Assembly: GCF_964204645.1 (NCBI RefSeq)
Contig: NC_134033.1
Span: 16,128,655-16,192,654, forward strand
Length of the DNA stretch: 64,000 nt
DNA from: Tubulanus polymorphus
Taxonomy: Eukaryota > Animalia > Nemertea
Reading direction: 5' to 3'
Part shown: positions 49,201-61,200 of the stretch, piece after piece
How positions within the stretch are numbered: the first letter of the stretch is position 1
Layout of the letters: the number at the start of each line of letters is the position of its first letter
Position numbers and translations under genes: made by a program
The notes under the pieces: model-generated
Told to the model about the DNA's origin: nothing
The model's database searches: none
The model's input: only the letters and a program-made list of their open reading frames with translations

Positions 49201-52200
49201 TTTGTAGCATCTTTAGATTTCCTTTCGCCAGATTTTTCTATTTCCTTCGAAGCATTTTTTGTTTTCCCGTCTGTAGTAGATTTGCTACTTGGATTTGAAG
49301 CATCTTTAGGTTTTCCGGCATCAGATTTTGCCTTGTCCCGTGGATTTTCGGCACCAAACGTTTTTTCTTTAGATGATTTACTGTCTTTCGCATTCCCTTT
49401 TGCAGTTGCAGAACTTTCTGTCTTGTTTTCTTTCTTATCTCCTTTGGAACTGGTCAAGCTTGCTGTCTTGTTGCCCTTTTCACCTCCTTTGGAAGTGGTC
49501 GAGCTTTCTGTCTTCTTGTCATTTTCACCTACTTTTACAGAGGCAGAACTATCTGTCTTGTTGCCCTTTTTGTCTCCGTCTTTTCCAGATGTTGAGCTTT
49601 CTGTTTTATTGCCTTTCTCGCCTCCTTTTACAGAGGCAGAACTTTCTGTCTTGTTGCCTTTTTTACCACCTTTCGCAGATATAGAGCTTTCTATCTTGTT
49701 GCCCTTCTCCCCTCCTTTTCCAGAGGCCGAACTTTTTGTCTTATTGCCTTTCTCAACTCCGTTCGCAGATGCAGAGCTTTCGGTCTTGTTGCCTTTCTTG
49801 TCCCCTCCTTTTCCAGAGGCCGAACTTTCTGTCTTATTGCCTTTCTCAACTCCGTTCGCAGATGCAGAGCTTTCGGTCTTGTTGCCTTTCTTGTCCCCTC
49901 CTTTTCCAGCGGCCGAACTTTCTGCCTTAGCGCCTTTCTCGCCCCCTTTCGCAGACACAGAATTTTCTGTCTTGTTTCCCTTCTCACCTCCTTTTCCAGA
50001 GGCAGAACTTTCTGTCTTATTGCCTTTCTCACCTCCTTTCGCAGATCCTGAGCTTTTTGTCTTGCTTATCATCCGATGTTTACAGATACCGTTCTCTAAT
50101 TTCGTAAACTTCGGGCAGACTCCGCATTTAAACCTGAACACGCCTTCTCCTGGCTTACATTTAGGAAGCTCTTGACAGATGCCTGCATTCAATGCATACC
50201 CGGTCTTACAGGATTCTAAACACTTTCCGTGCACTAGGTTCGTACCCTTCGGACATTTTTGACACTTTCCCTTGTAGTAACCGAGTCCCTCTTTACATAG
50301 ATTTTCACATTTCTCCCCTTTCCACTCGGTACCCTTCGGACATCGATGTTGTCTACATATCCCGGCTTTAACTTGCAAATAAAATCCTTTCGGACACTTT
50401 GCGCACTTTCCATTCAACAATCCTTCACCGTTTTTACATTTCTGGCCGCATGAGCCACTTCTGTGTCGAATTTCTCCTTGTTTACACTTCTTTACACACA
50501 ATTTACCCATATACAGTTCTTTCCCATCGGGACACGTGCAAACACCGTCTTTTGATTTCATCGTGTTCGGACAGTTTTTCACGCAATGTTTTTCCAATCG
50601 AAATTCGCCTTTTTTGCATTTGATTTCCTTGATACATTCGGTTTTCTCAAACACATACCCCGGTTTACACTGCAGAAGACAGTTTCCACCGATTAGACGA
50701 TAGCCTTTCGTGCAATTCTCGCACTTTCCATTCGCTCCGTATTTCACACAATTTGGCTTTTTCTTGCCTTTTTCTCCAGCAGGCTTTGTAGTATCTTTGG
50801 AACTGGATGAAGAGTCTGGTTTCTTTCCTGGTTCGGTTTTATTACCGGAGACATTTTCAGCCAGTTTAGATCCATTTCCTGACGATGTCATGTTGGTTCC
50901 TGGTGAGCCTATCTTGGCATCAGTTTTTCCTGGCTCTGAAGCATTCGAGGTCTTGTTTGTAGGTTTATTTTGTGCTGCTCCAGTGTCCTTTCCAATTTCC
51001 TTTAACACTGAAATAGCCTTTTTTGTTTGTTCGTGATCACTCAACTTTTTACCATCTTTAGTAGTTGCACTTGGTTTTCCTTTGCTAGACGCTTCTTTTG
51101 ATTTATCACCTGTTTCACTGGGTTTTCCTTTACTGGAAGTTTCTTTTGATTTATCAGCCATTTCACTTAGTTTTCCCTTACTAGACGCTTCTTTTGATTT
51201 ATCAGCTGTTCTACTGGGTTTTCCTTTACTGGATGTATCTTTTGATTTATCAGCCGTTCCATTTGGTTTACCTTTACCGGAACCTTCTGTTGATTTATTG
51301 GTTGTTTCATTGGGTTTTCCTTTACTGGAAGTTTCTTTTGATTTATCAGCCATTTCACTTAGTTTTCCCTTACTAGACGCTTCTTTTGATTTATCACCTG
51401 TTTCACCGGGTTTTCCTTTACTGGATGCATCTTTTGATTTATCAGCCGTTCCATTTGGTTTACCTTTACCGGAACCTTCTGTTGATTTATTGGTTGTTTC
51501 ATTGGGTTTTCCTTTACCGGAAGCTTCAGTCGTTGCACTTGGTTTACCTTTACCGGAACCTTCTTTTGATTCATCGGCTGTTCCACTTGGTTTTCCTTTA
51601 CTGGAACCCTCTTTTGTTTTATCACTCGTTCCACTGGGTTTTCCTTTACTGGGCGCTTCTTTTGTTTTATCACCCGTTTCACTGGGTTTTCCTTTACTGG
51701 AACCCTCTTTTGTTTTATCACTCGTTCCACTGGGTTTTCCTTTACTGGGTGCTTCTTTTGTTTTATCACCCGTTTCACCGGATTTTCCTTTACTGGATGC
51801 TACTTTTGTTTTTTCACTTGTTTTACTCGGTTTTGCTTTATTGGAAGGTCCTTCAGATTTATCATTCGATTCACCTTTTCCTGAAACGGCTACGCACTTC
51901 CCATCTTTGACAGTTTCGCCCATTTTGCATTTGATCCCGGAATCTTCTGATTCTGAACTCCCAGTCAGAGATGTGCCATGACCCGGTTTAGAAGAAGATG
52001 GCAAACACAAGTCATTCCTGGCTATCTCATGTTCCAAACACGGCACTGAAAATGAGCAATTACTTATCTTAAGACAACTCATTGATGAAAATTTTAATGG
52101 TAATTGTGTTAGGCATTGCCACGGGGAGCTAGTTTTCCACTTCAGAATTGATATTCTACAAAGAAAATGATGAGCACTTACTAACACAAGTATTTCCTTT

Positions 52201-55200
52201 TTGTTGGTGAAGTTTTGGACAAGGTGCTGAAAAATTACAAACGCTTTAATTAAAACTTACTACAGATTTAAACAACACTCACGACTGGATATACATTTAT
52301 GCACTATTAGCTAAAAAGACTTACAAATGCAGTGGCCTTCGTGGAAGATATGTCCAGGTAGGCAGATCTTTGGCGCTTCTGAAGATATATATGTCAAATT
52401 TGTATACATTCATATCAAAGAGAAAGAATTGATACTTAAAATCCATCGACACTTACTTTGACATTTGCCTTTGTGGTATGTCAAACCTGGCTTGCAGTTG
52501 ACATCTGGAAAAAGAGTAAAGAAATTTTACTGGCGACGCTATTTATACGTTGTCTCAAGCGAAGATAAATGGTTTTTCCATTACCTGGACATTTTCCACC
52601 CACTTTACGTTCGTTACCAACGCAAGATTCTGCATCTGAAACAAATTAAAAGGATTGAAATATATGTGGGTTTTCACATTAACTATGAACTACGTGACTA
52701 AAATAACTTACATTGTACACACTTTCCATGATGTAGCATCGTTTTAGGTGGACATTTATTAAGTTTTGGTGCTCCAAACCGGGCTCCAGATTCACTTCCA
52801 TCTTTCTTTTCTTCTGGTTTTCCTTCCTTTGGCTTCCCTGCTGAAGTTGCATTCTTTCCTTCAGCTTTCCCTTCCTTTGGCTTCCCTGCGGCAGTCTTAT
52901 TCTTTTCTTCTGGTTTTCCTTCCTTTGGCTTCCCTGCTGCAGTTCCAGCAGTTCCATTCTTTCTCTCTGATTTCCCTTCCTTTGGCTTCCCTGCGGCAGT
53001 CTTATTCTTTTCTTCTGGTTTTCCTTCCTTTGGCTTCCCTGCTGCAGTTCCAGCAGTTCCATTCTTTCCCTCTGGTTTTCCTCCCTTTGGCTTCCCTGCT
53101 GCAGTTGCATTCGTTCCTTCAGCTTTTCCTCCCACTGGCTTCTCTGTGGCAGTCTTATTCTTTCCCCCTGATTTCCCTTCCTTTGGCTTCCCTGCTGCAG
53201 TCTTATTCTTTCCTTCTGCTTTTCCTCCCGCTGGCTTCCCTGCTGCAGTTCCAGCAGTTCCATTCTTTCTCTCTGATTTTCCTTCCTTTGGCTTCCCTGC
53301 GGCAGTCTTATTCTTTTCTTCTGGTTTTCCTTCCTTTGGCTTCCCTCCTGCAGTTCCAGCAGTTCCATTCTTTCCCTCTGGTTTTCCTCCCTTTGGCTTC
53401 CCTGCTGCAGTCTTATTCTTTCCCCCTGATTTCCCTTCCTTTGGCTTCCCTGTGGCAGTCTTATTCTTTCCTTCTGGTTTTCCTTCCTTTGGCTTCCCTG
53501 CGGCAGTCTTATTCTTTTCTTCTGGTTTTCCTTCCTTTGGCTTCCCTCCTGCAGTTCCAGCAGTTCCATTCTTTCTCTCTGATTTTCCTTCCTTTGGCTT
53601 CCCTGCGGCAGTCTTATTCTTTCCTTCTGGTTTTCCTTCCTTTGGCTTCCCTGTGGCAGTCTTATTCTTTCCTTCTGGTTTTCCTTCCTTTGGCTTCCCT
53701 GCTGCAGTCTTATTCTTTCCTTCAGCTTTTCCTTCCGCTGGCTTCTCTGTGGTAGTCTTATTCTTTCCTTCTGCTTTCCCTTCCTTTGGCTTCCCTGCTG
53801 CAATCTTATTCTTCCCCCCTGATTTCCCTTCCTCTGGCTTCCCTGCTGCAGTTGCATTCTTTTTTTCTGGTTTTCCTTCCTTTGGCTTCCCTGCGGCAGT
53901 TCCATTCGTTCCTTCTTTTCTTTCTGGTTTTCCATCTTTTGATGTCCCTGCTGTCGCATTCTTCTTTCCAACAGGTTTCGTAGCTGCAGCTGTCTTTTCA
54001 GCTCCATTTTTCTTATCCACACATTTCCCATTTTGGATAGTTTCGCCTTTTTTACATTTCGGTTTCTTCACACACTTGGCATCTTTTATCACTTGGTCTT
54101 TCTTACATTTCGGAGCTTTGACACACTTTCCTTTTTTGTCTTTCACTTGTCCATCTTTGCACGATTCGCCCGCAGTAGCATTTGTTTGTTCTGCTTTTGT
54201 CGGTTTCACGCAATCGCCATTCTTGATAACTTCATCCTTTTTGCACGTGGGTTTTTTCACGCAAATCGCATCTTTTATGACCTGGTTTTTTGTGCAAACT
54301 GGCGCTTTCACGCATTTCCCGGCTTTATTTTTCACTTTTCCCTCCAAGCAGGTTTGAACGCAGGCACCGTTTTCTAACTTTTCACCAATTTTACATTTCG
54401 GTTTATCTACACACTTTCCGTTGACAATAATCTTGTTCTTTTGGCATTTCGGTTTCTTCACACAAACGTTGTCGACAACTACTTGATTTTTTGCACATTT
54501 ATGACATTTTCCATCTTTCAAACCATGACCTGCTGTGCATAGTGCCTCTGCAAGTTAAACGAGAAATTCATCGAGAGAAGGTACATGTAATGCGTAATTA
54601 TCAAGTAATCGAGCATTCAATGTTTGCTATTCCTCATATCCTGAAGATCCAGTCTCATAGGCAAAGCCTAGTGGTTTGTTTCAAATCATAACTATGTTGC
54701 TCAAAAGACAAGACAGATTCGTCGTTAGTTAATAGGTTGGCTATATATCATGGTCTTAGACCCGTCCTGAGTTGTTAGATTGGCTATATAACTGACACGG
54801 CCTTAGACTGATCTAAAGTCATGACTATGGAACTTTGGTTTCACTGCGGACGTGTCTTTCTTACTTACTGTGTTCACCTTTACCAACACTTTCACAATAT
54901 CCATATTCTTTGTAGGTGTCGTAGTCGAATTTCGTAGCGCACCACGGCTCCTTGCCGTCGATGTTGATACAGTTGAAGTAGTACTTGTTCTTGTATTTGA
55001 ACGGGAATATGCAGTAAGCTCCTTTTCCGGTGCCTCCCTTTGTTCGCGTAGGATCTGTAGACCGAACAAAATCCACGAATAAGATTAAGAAGGAAAACTA
55101 ATTTTCTCCCCTTATTAATCACACGGGGTTTCAGACGAACAGGATATATTTAGACGTTTCCAATTCTGCTATGTCCTTCTAATGCCATCGTGCCTTACCT

Positions 55201-58200
55201 TTGCAGTATCCCCATTTTTTATCCTTGTCCATGTCCTTCGTGGTCGAACACCACGGTTTCTCCTTGTCGTCCATTATACACGTCCAGTGAACGTGTTTTT
55301 TATACACGTATGGAAATTTACACTGTTTACCGTTCGAATTTCCATCAGTTGTTCCAATTTTTCCTATAAAATATAGAATAAAACGACAATATAGCTTGGG
55401 AAGGTTGAACCAAAGCAATGCTAGACGTTCTTTCGGTGACGAGCCTCTTCTAGTTCACTATCAATCAATCCACAGCCAAAGAACAAACCTCCTTAGACAT
55501 TCGACATTTTGTTCACCGCATTCTTCCAATTTTGATCTTCAGACTTTCATGACTATTTTTGTTGTTTCGTTGTTCAATATCTTGAAGATTTGTTTCTGAA
55601 TGTTACGTTACAATGATCTTAAATCCTTTCTTACCTGTCAGTCGTGGAACGCACTTGTTTACAAATAGTTCTTCGTTGAGTTTACAATTAGCTGGAAATG
55701 AAGAAGTACAATTTTTTTCGTTTTTTTACGAGAAGATTGTCATTTTCGGTGACTTCAACGATTCATTAAAACTATTATATTAATATTAATGAAAGATTCC
55801 TCATATTTTCAATATATACTAAAATGCTTACATTTTGACTTCGGGAGACATTCCTTGCCAATTCGCTTCATTCCTGGTGGGCACTTAACTGAAAGTTAAA
55901 CAATTGAAGTGATTTTATGACATAACACGTGAAGGTATTTTTCAGAAATTGGAATGGATACTGAATATTTACGTACTGTGACAAAGAGTGCAAGTCTTAT
56001 CTGTAAGAACGATGAAATATAGTGAAATAAAAGAATAAATGAAAGAGAATTCAAATTCTTTTCATATCGAGTTTAAGTTACTCCAATGTCGTACCTCGGC
56101 AATAACCCCATTTCCTATCTTTATCGTAGTCCGGAGTTGTGGCGCACCAAGCGTTTTTGGCTTTGATCATGACACAATGAAAGTAATACTTGTTCTTGTA
56201 TTTGAATGGGAACGAACAGTATCCTTCTCCTCCGTTACCGTTCATTGTTTTAACGGCTCCTAGTAAAAGTTAATCGATGTTATAGAAACCTTGGGGAATT
56301 TCTGCAGATTAAGGATATTAACTGAAAAGGCCGTGTTCCCGTGTTACAGTTTGAGTAACATCATGATCCAAACGACATTCACAAAAATCAAATAAACAAA
56401 CGATAGTTTGGGTTGTTTTTTACATACCATGGCAGTATCCCCATTTTTTATCCTTGTTGAAATCATGAGTAACAGCGCACCAGGGTTTTCCAGATTTGCT
56501 ATTTTCAGTGATGCAGTACGACTTAGATACGTTATGGTACATGAATGGAAACGCGCAATTTGCTTTTTTTCCGTTGCCGCCGTATGTCTTGACAACGTCT
56601 GAAAAACGACAAACATATTTTACGGATCCACATCAGTTGGGATGAGTGCTCAGTCAGTGGCGTAGTTGGTACATTTCCGTCCTGGTCGTACGGCTCGGAC
56701 CATAACGCATTGAATATATATTCACATATTACAAAAATCTTACCAGAGAATATAACTGTACAATTATTATTGAACATCCACTGGCCGATCGGACATTTGC
56801 CTCCTGTAACGGAACAAACATAGAACATCATACATAGAACAACATGCAACCGTGCGACGATTCTCTTTTTATTTACCGAACGAGCATCATACATATTCAT
56901 TGTTTTAGATTCCGATGAAATCAAAACTTTCTCTTTTTCTACTTACTAGGTTTACACGCGTTGCCGACCTTGACCTCATTTGTCTTGCACGCAACTGCAG
57001 CTGAAATAGGACAGACGAAAACATATATAGATCTGCTAAATTCTGGTGAGAGGGGTGGGCTATTTGTGGTGGGGTACAATACGGTATTTTGATGATTATA
57101 TACACCCGATCACACCAGTTCCCGGTTAAAATTCAAAAGCGACCGACCGACAGGTGGAGCCAGTCGCCGGTTATATGTCACAGATATTCGGAGGCAACAT
57201 CTACAGGGGTCGGTTCCATATTCAAGACTTAAAACCAAAAGTGGTCTTAAATCTTAAGACTGGTCTTAAGTTGTTAGATTGGCTATAGAACTAAGTTGGT
57301 TTTAGACTGGTCTTAAGTCTAAGCCCTCACTATGGAACCGGACCCAGGAGATGAGGAGTCGGGAAACGATCTATTCTGCTCAATACTGTTAGTTATAGGT
57401 ACGATAAAAGTTTAAAGGTAGAAAAAAAAACCCACGCAAAGTTGTAGCTACAACCATTAGCAAGCCGCGTATGAAAAAGGACACTGTGTCACGCAATACG
57501 ATTGGTTTAATGATAATCACGTGTTAGCAGTAAATAAAAATGGCCGATAGGAAGTTAGTGCGGAGTTTGAATATTAATCAGGTTTCGTGCAAATTAAACC
57601 AAAAACATCGATCGACGTAGCACAGTGTTATTACCGTGGATGCAACTGACTGGAGGGTGTTCACACGGTGCTCCGATCTGAAACGATAGTTCACCGAATA
57701 CCGGATGGATTACCTCTCAGGAAGGGAACGCACTAAGACGTGATTATATCATTGATTGCAGCGATTACAGTGTCCACAGTGTGAGGAGTGTGAGCAGCGT
57801 GCGCGCGCAGATCCTTACCCATTGAAGCGTAGCAGATTTTTCCGTTTTTCAAAACGTAATTCTCCGGACAAAATAATCCGAATTCGGGCATCACTGAAAC
57901 GAATAGTGTGAATGTTATTTATTTATTCAGTTCAATTTTGGTTCTGATGAGTTTTCGATTTCTATAAGAGTAGAGACTGAGACGTGTTAACCGGATGTCA
58001 AACCAGTAAACACGAAGACAGGTGATTATATGTAGGTTTGATATTATTCGAAATGCGAACTTTCAGTGATAGTGCTAGCTTTGTTAGGTAAATGTGTAAA
58101 GTTAACGAAGAAACACTGCCTCCCCCTATAGACAGCCTACTTTTGTTTCTTTATTGAACTTATAGTAGCGAAACTAGTAGCGAAAGCTCGTATTTCTAGT

Positions 58201-61200
58201 GGAATTGAGTAACATCATCCTCCCTGGCAGGGATTCGAACCTGATGCATCGCTAGACTCGGTCACGGCACAAACCCTGTCACAGTAGACCGGGTGCGCAG
58301 GTACATGCGCAAGTTCACCGCGCGTTCGATCAGAATGCTCGTTGCATATTCGTTGCAATTTACGGATCTAACTATAAGTGGAAAGAACCCGGGCTAAAAT
58401 GAAACGGGATTTCCAATTGGCTAATAATAACATCATCGTAGCTGCGCAGGTAGCTCCGTACTCGATCTATTGTGGCAGGTTGTCCTACGGTGGCTAGTCT
58501 CGATACCATCAGGTTCGAATCCCTGCCGAGGGAGTACGAGTGAACGTACACAGTATTACCAGTCTTCACGCTACTAATGCAATTAAAGTTAATACGGCGC
58601 TCACACAACGAATATGGTAATTCATTGTTCTTTTATTTAGAGGGCCAATGAAAGACCCGTAATACAAATTTCGATATTGTATATATATATATATATCTGA
58701 AGATCAACCGCATGTGCCGGATTATCTTACCGGTCATTCGGACACATTGTTCCGTCTTGATACGAACGTACCCAGGCTCGCATGGTTTAGCTAAAACAGA
58801 CAATGATAATATCAATCAATCGATTCGTAATCTCAAGTATTATTTGAAAGTTATTTTCAATATAGTTCCTTCAATCAATTCAAAAAGGTCACGAATTAAT
58901 ACTTGGGTAAACTTACGTTCATCGCGGACGCAAATTCCACCAACAACTGTCTCCCCTTTGGGACACAATTTCACTGGCTTTTGAGGTTCGGGCTTGACGA
59001 GGTTCCCTGAAGATTTGAAATCAGTTAGGAAATAACATCGTTAAGACTGTTACGTAACCCTTCCGTCGTGTCCAAAAAAAAACTTGGCTTTATAACGAAT
59101 ACATGTGGCGTTTTGAAGGATGATATTGCGGATGGTATCAGCTTTCTCCGTGATTTAGGGTTACATTTGGCAGACAGAGGTTTTTTGTGATCACTGATTA
59201 AGATGTACCTTTTAACGCGCCCAGCAGCCAGTCGATGTATTCATTTATATCTTTATGTGAACAGCAAACTGATTGATTTCCAGGCGCAACCATTCCTATA
59301 CTTTTGGAATTTGATTTCGGTCCTGAAAACGAAAACTTCTATCATTAACAATCTAATTTGAATACGGGCGCTGATTGGCTTAAACGCCAAACTCCGGTTA
59401 ATTAATTGGCTCATATTATTATTACTCCGGGCACAATTCCGCAGATTGTATATATGTTTTTTTTTTGCTTTACGTCGTTCCGATATTATTTTTCCAAAGA
59501 CTACACATACTACACTGTTAGCAGCAAGCAGGTTTCAAACCCTCTTGTCACTCAGTACTGATCTTGGTTTCCCAACCCTAATGGATTGTTGATTAAACCT
59601 GGCGACTTGACCGCGGCCTTTGAAGTGTTGCACGCCGTAAGCAACCAGCATGACTTACAGTTGTGAATGGTCAGGCCCCACAATATTTGAAATCATTAGT
59701 GCAATACAAGGCATCCTCTAGAGTGTTAAGATCAAACAGTCAATCACTTCTAGTCATCCCTCGTGTCAATCTAGTCTCTGCGGGTCACAGGGGGTTTTCT
59801 TACTCCGCCCCACTACTTTGGAACTCCTTACCAGATGCAATTAAATCTAGTCCTTCTACTGATGTTTTTAAATCGCAACTTAAAACCCATTTGTTCACTA
59901 AAGCTTTTAACTAATGATGTAAATTGTTTTTTCTGTCTTTACGTTTAAATTGTGTCTTAAAGCCAATATGCATATTTTATATGGATTTTAGGCTCAATAA
60001 ATTATTATTATTATTATTATTGTGAGTATAAACGAGTCAGATTTGACTGGCTCCAGAACTGTAGAACTGTGTCTTTCGGGACCCAATTCTACAGGTCGTG
60101 AGTTAAGATTCGAGTCAGCATTGACTTTTTGAAAATCGACTAAATCTAACATTAATTCAAGACTGGAACTGGACCCAATATTCTACGAGGGTTAGATTTA
60201 ATTGGGAACTAGCTCCAGAACTGCGGAACTGTAGAACCGGATTCTATGAATTACCCGTAGATATGTAGATAATTTCTATTCGTTTCCGTTTCGCTGATTT
60301 CGCAGCCGATTTCGCCTTGTGTTTATTCGACACCTGACCGCTGCCGACCAACACCAGATATCGGCGTGTATATCTTCTTCCTCCGTGATTTACTGCAAAT
60401 CCGTGTTTCCACGCGAATTTGATAGCTCTATCCAGTCGACTAGGCCCTGCGAGTAAGACGTGAATAATATACCGAGCAATTCGAATAGGAAGTTTTTGAA
60501 ACGGTTAGGTAAAGCTGCACCGAGGCATCACTCGTAATGCGTCTCAGTGGAAGCCAAGCGCAAGCTGCTGAATGAGGTGACAGCCATGGTTGACAGCTTA
60601 CGTCCAATATGACGCGTGCATAATATGTCTGACGTCCGAGCATTTACCTACGTGTAGGCTTACGTAGATTTTATTAGGGATCCCCACAGCTGCGAAATGA
60701 GGGATTCCCTTCTCAAACAGGGGTGAATCCAGAAATTTTGGGTTTCGCAATTCTGACAAATCCCTCTAACTGTGGGCGAAGCTAAAGCGAAGTGTATTGT
60801 TAAAAATGTTTAGAAAATTAGAGTAGATCCAGTATTGGGAAGCTAGGTTATTGTTTGGAGGGAAATCGGGATATCCAGTGTAGGGCAGCGGGGTTATTCT
60901 GCGGAAAAGCGTGAGGAAATCCAGTGTAGAGAACAGGGGCTACTTTGCAGACGGGAATAAAGAACTCCAGTGCAGGGAGGTAGTGTCCTTACCGCCGTTA
61001 TATTTGATATTATCCAATGATTTCACGGCTCTATCTTTGTTAGTGTTTCTCTTAAACCAGCCGTAAACAGTGGTTTTACTGTGGTAAGTCAATATAGCCA
61101 CAGATACATTCCTCGGGTTGATGTACAATTTCGTCAGGATGATCCGCACGAATTCTTTAGCCGCTTCGAACCCGGGTTTTCCCATTTTTGATGACGCGTC

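Noticed and set aside
43829-54357. Long plus-strand hydrophobic ORFs (43829-44374, 48205-50175, 51082-51981, 52766-53755, 53146-54357) and alternative-frame minus ORFs
   Set aside because: Shadow frames of the Lys/Glu-rich repeat exons; only the spliced minus-strand frame is consistent with the splice phases.
55977-56000. CxxCH read as a c-type heme attachment site
   Set aside because: Animal heme c attachment occurs in mitochondria via HCCS; this is an extracellular-type protein with no cytochrome fold.
59663-59914. 83-aa ORF as a second nested host gene
   Set aside because: It is the C-terminus of a LINE ORF2 with an (ATT)n tail, 5'-truncated and with no ATG start.
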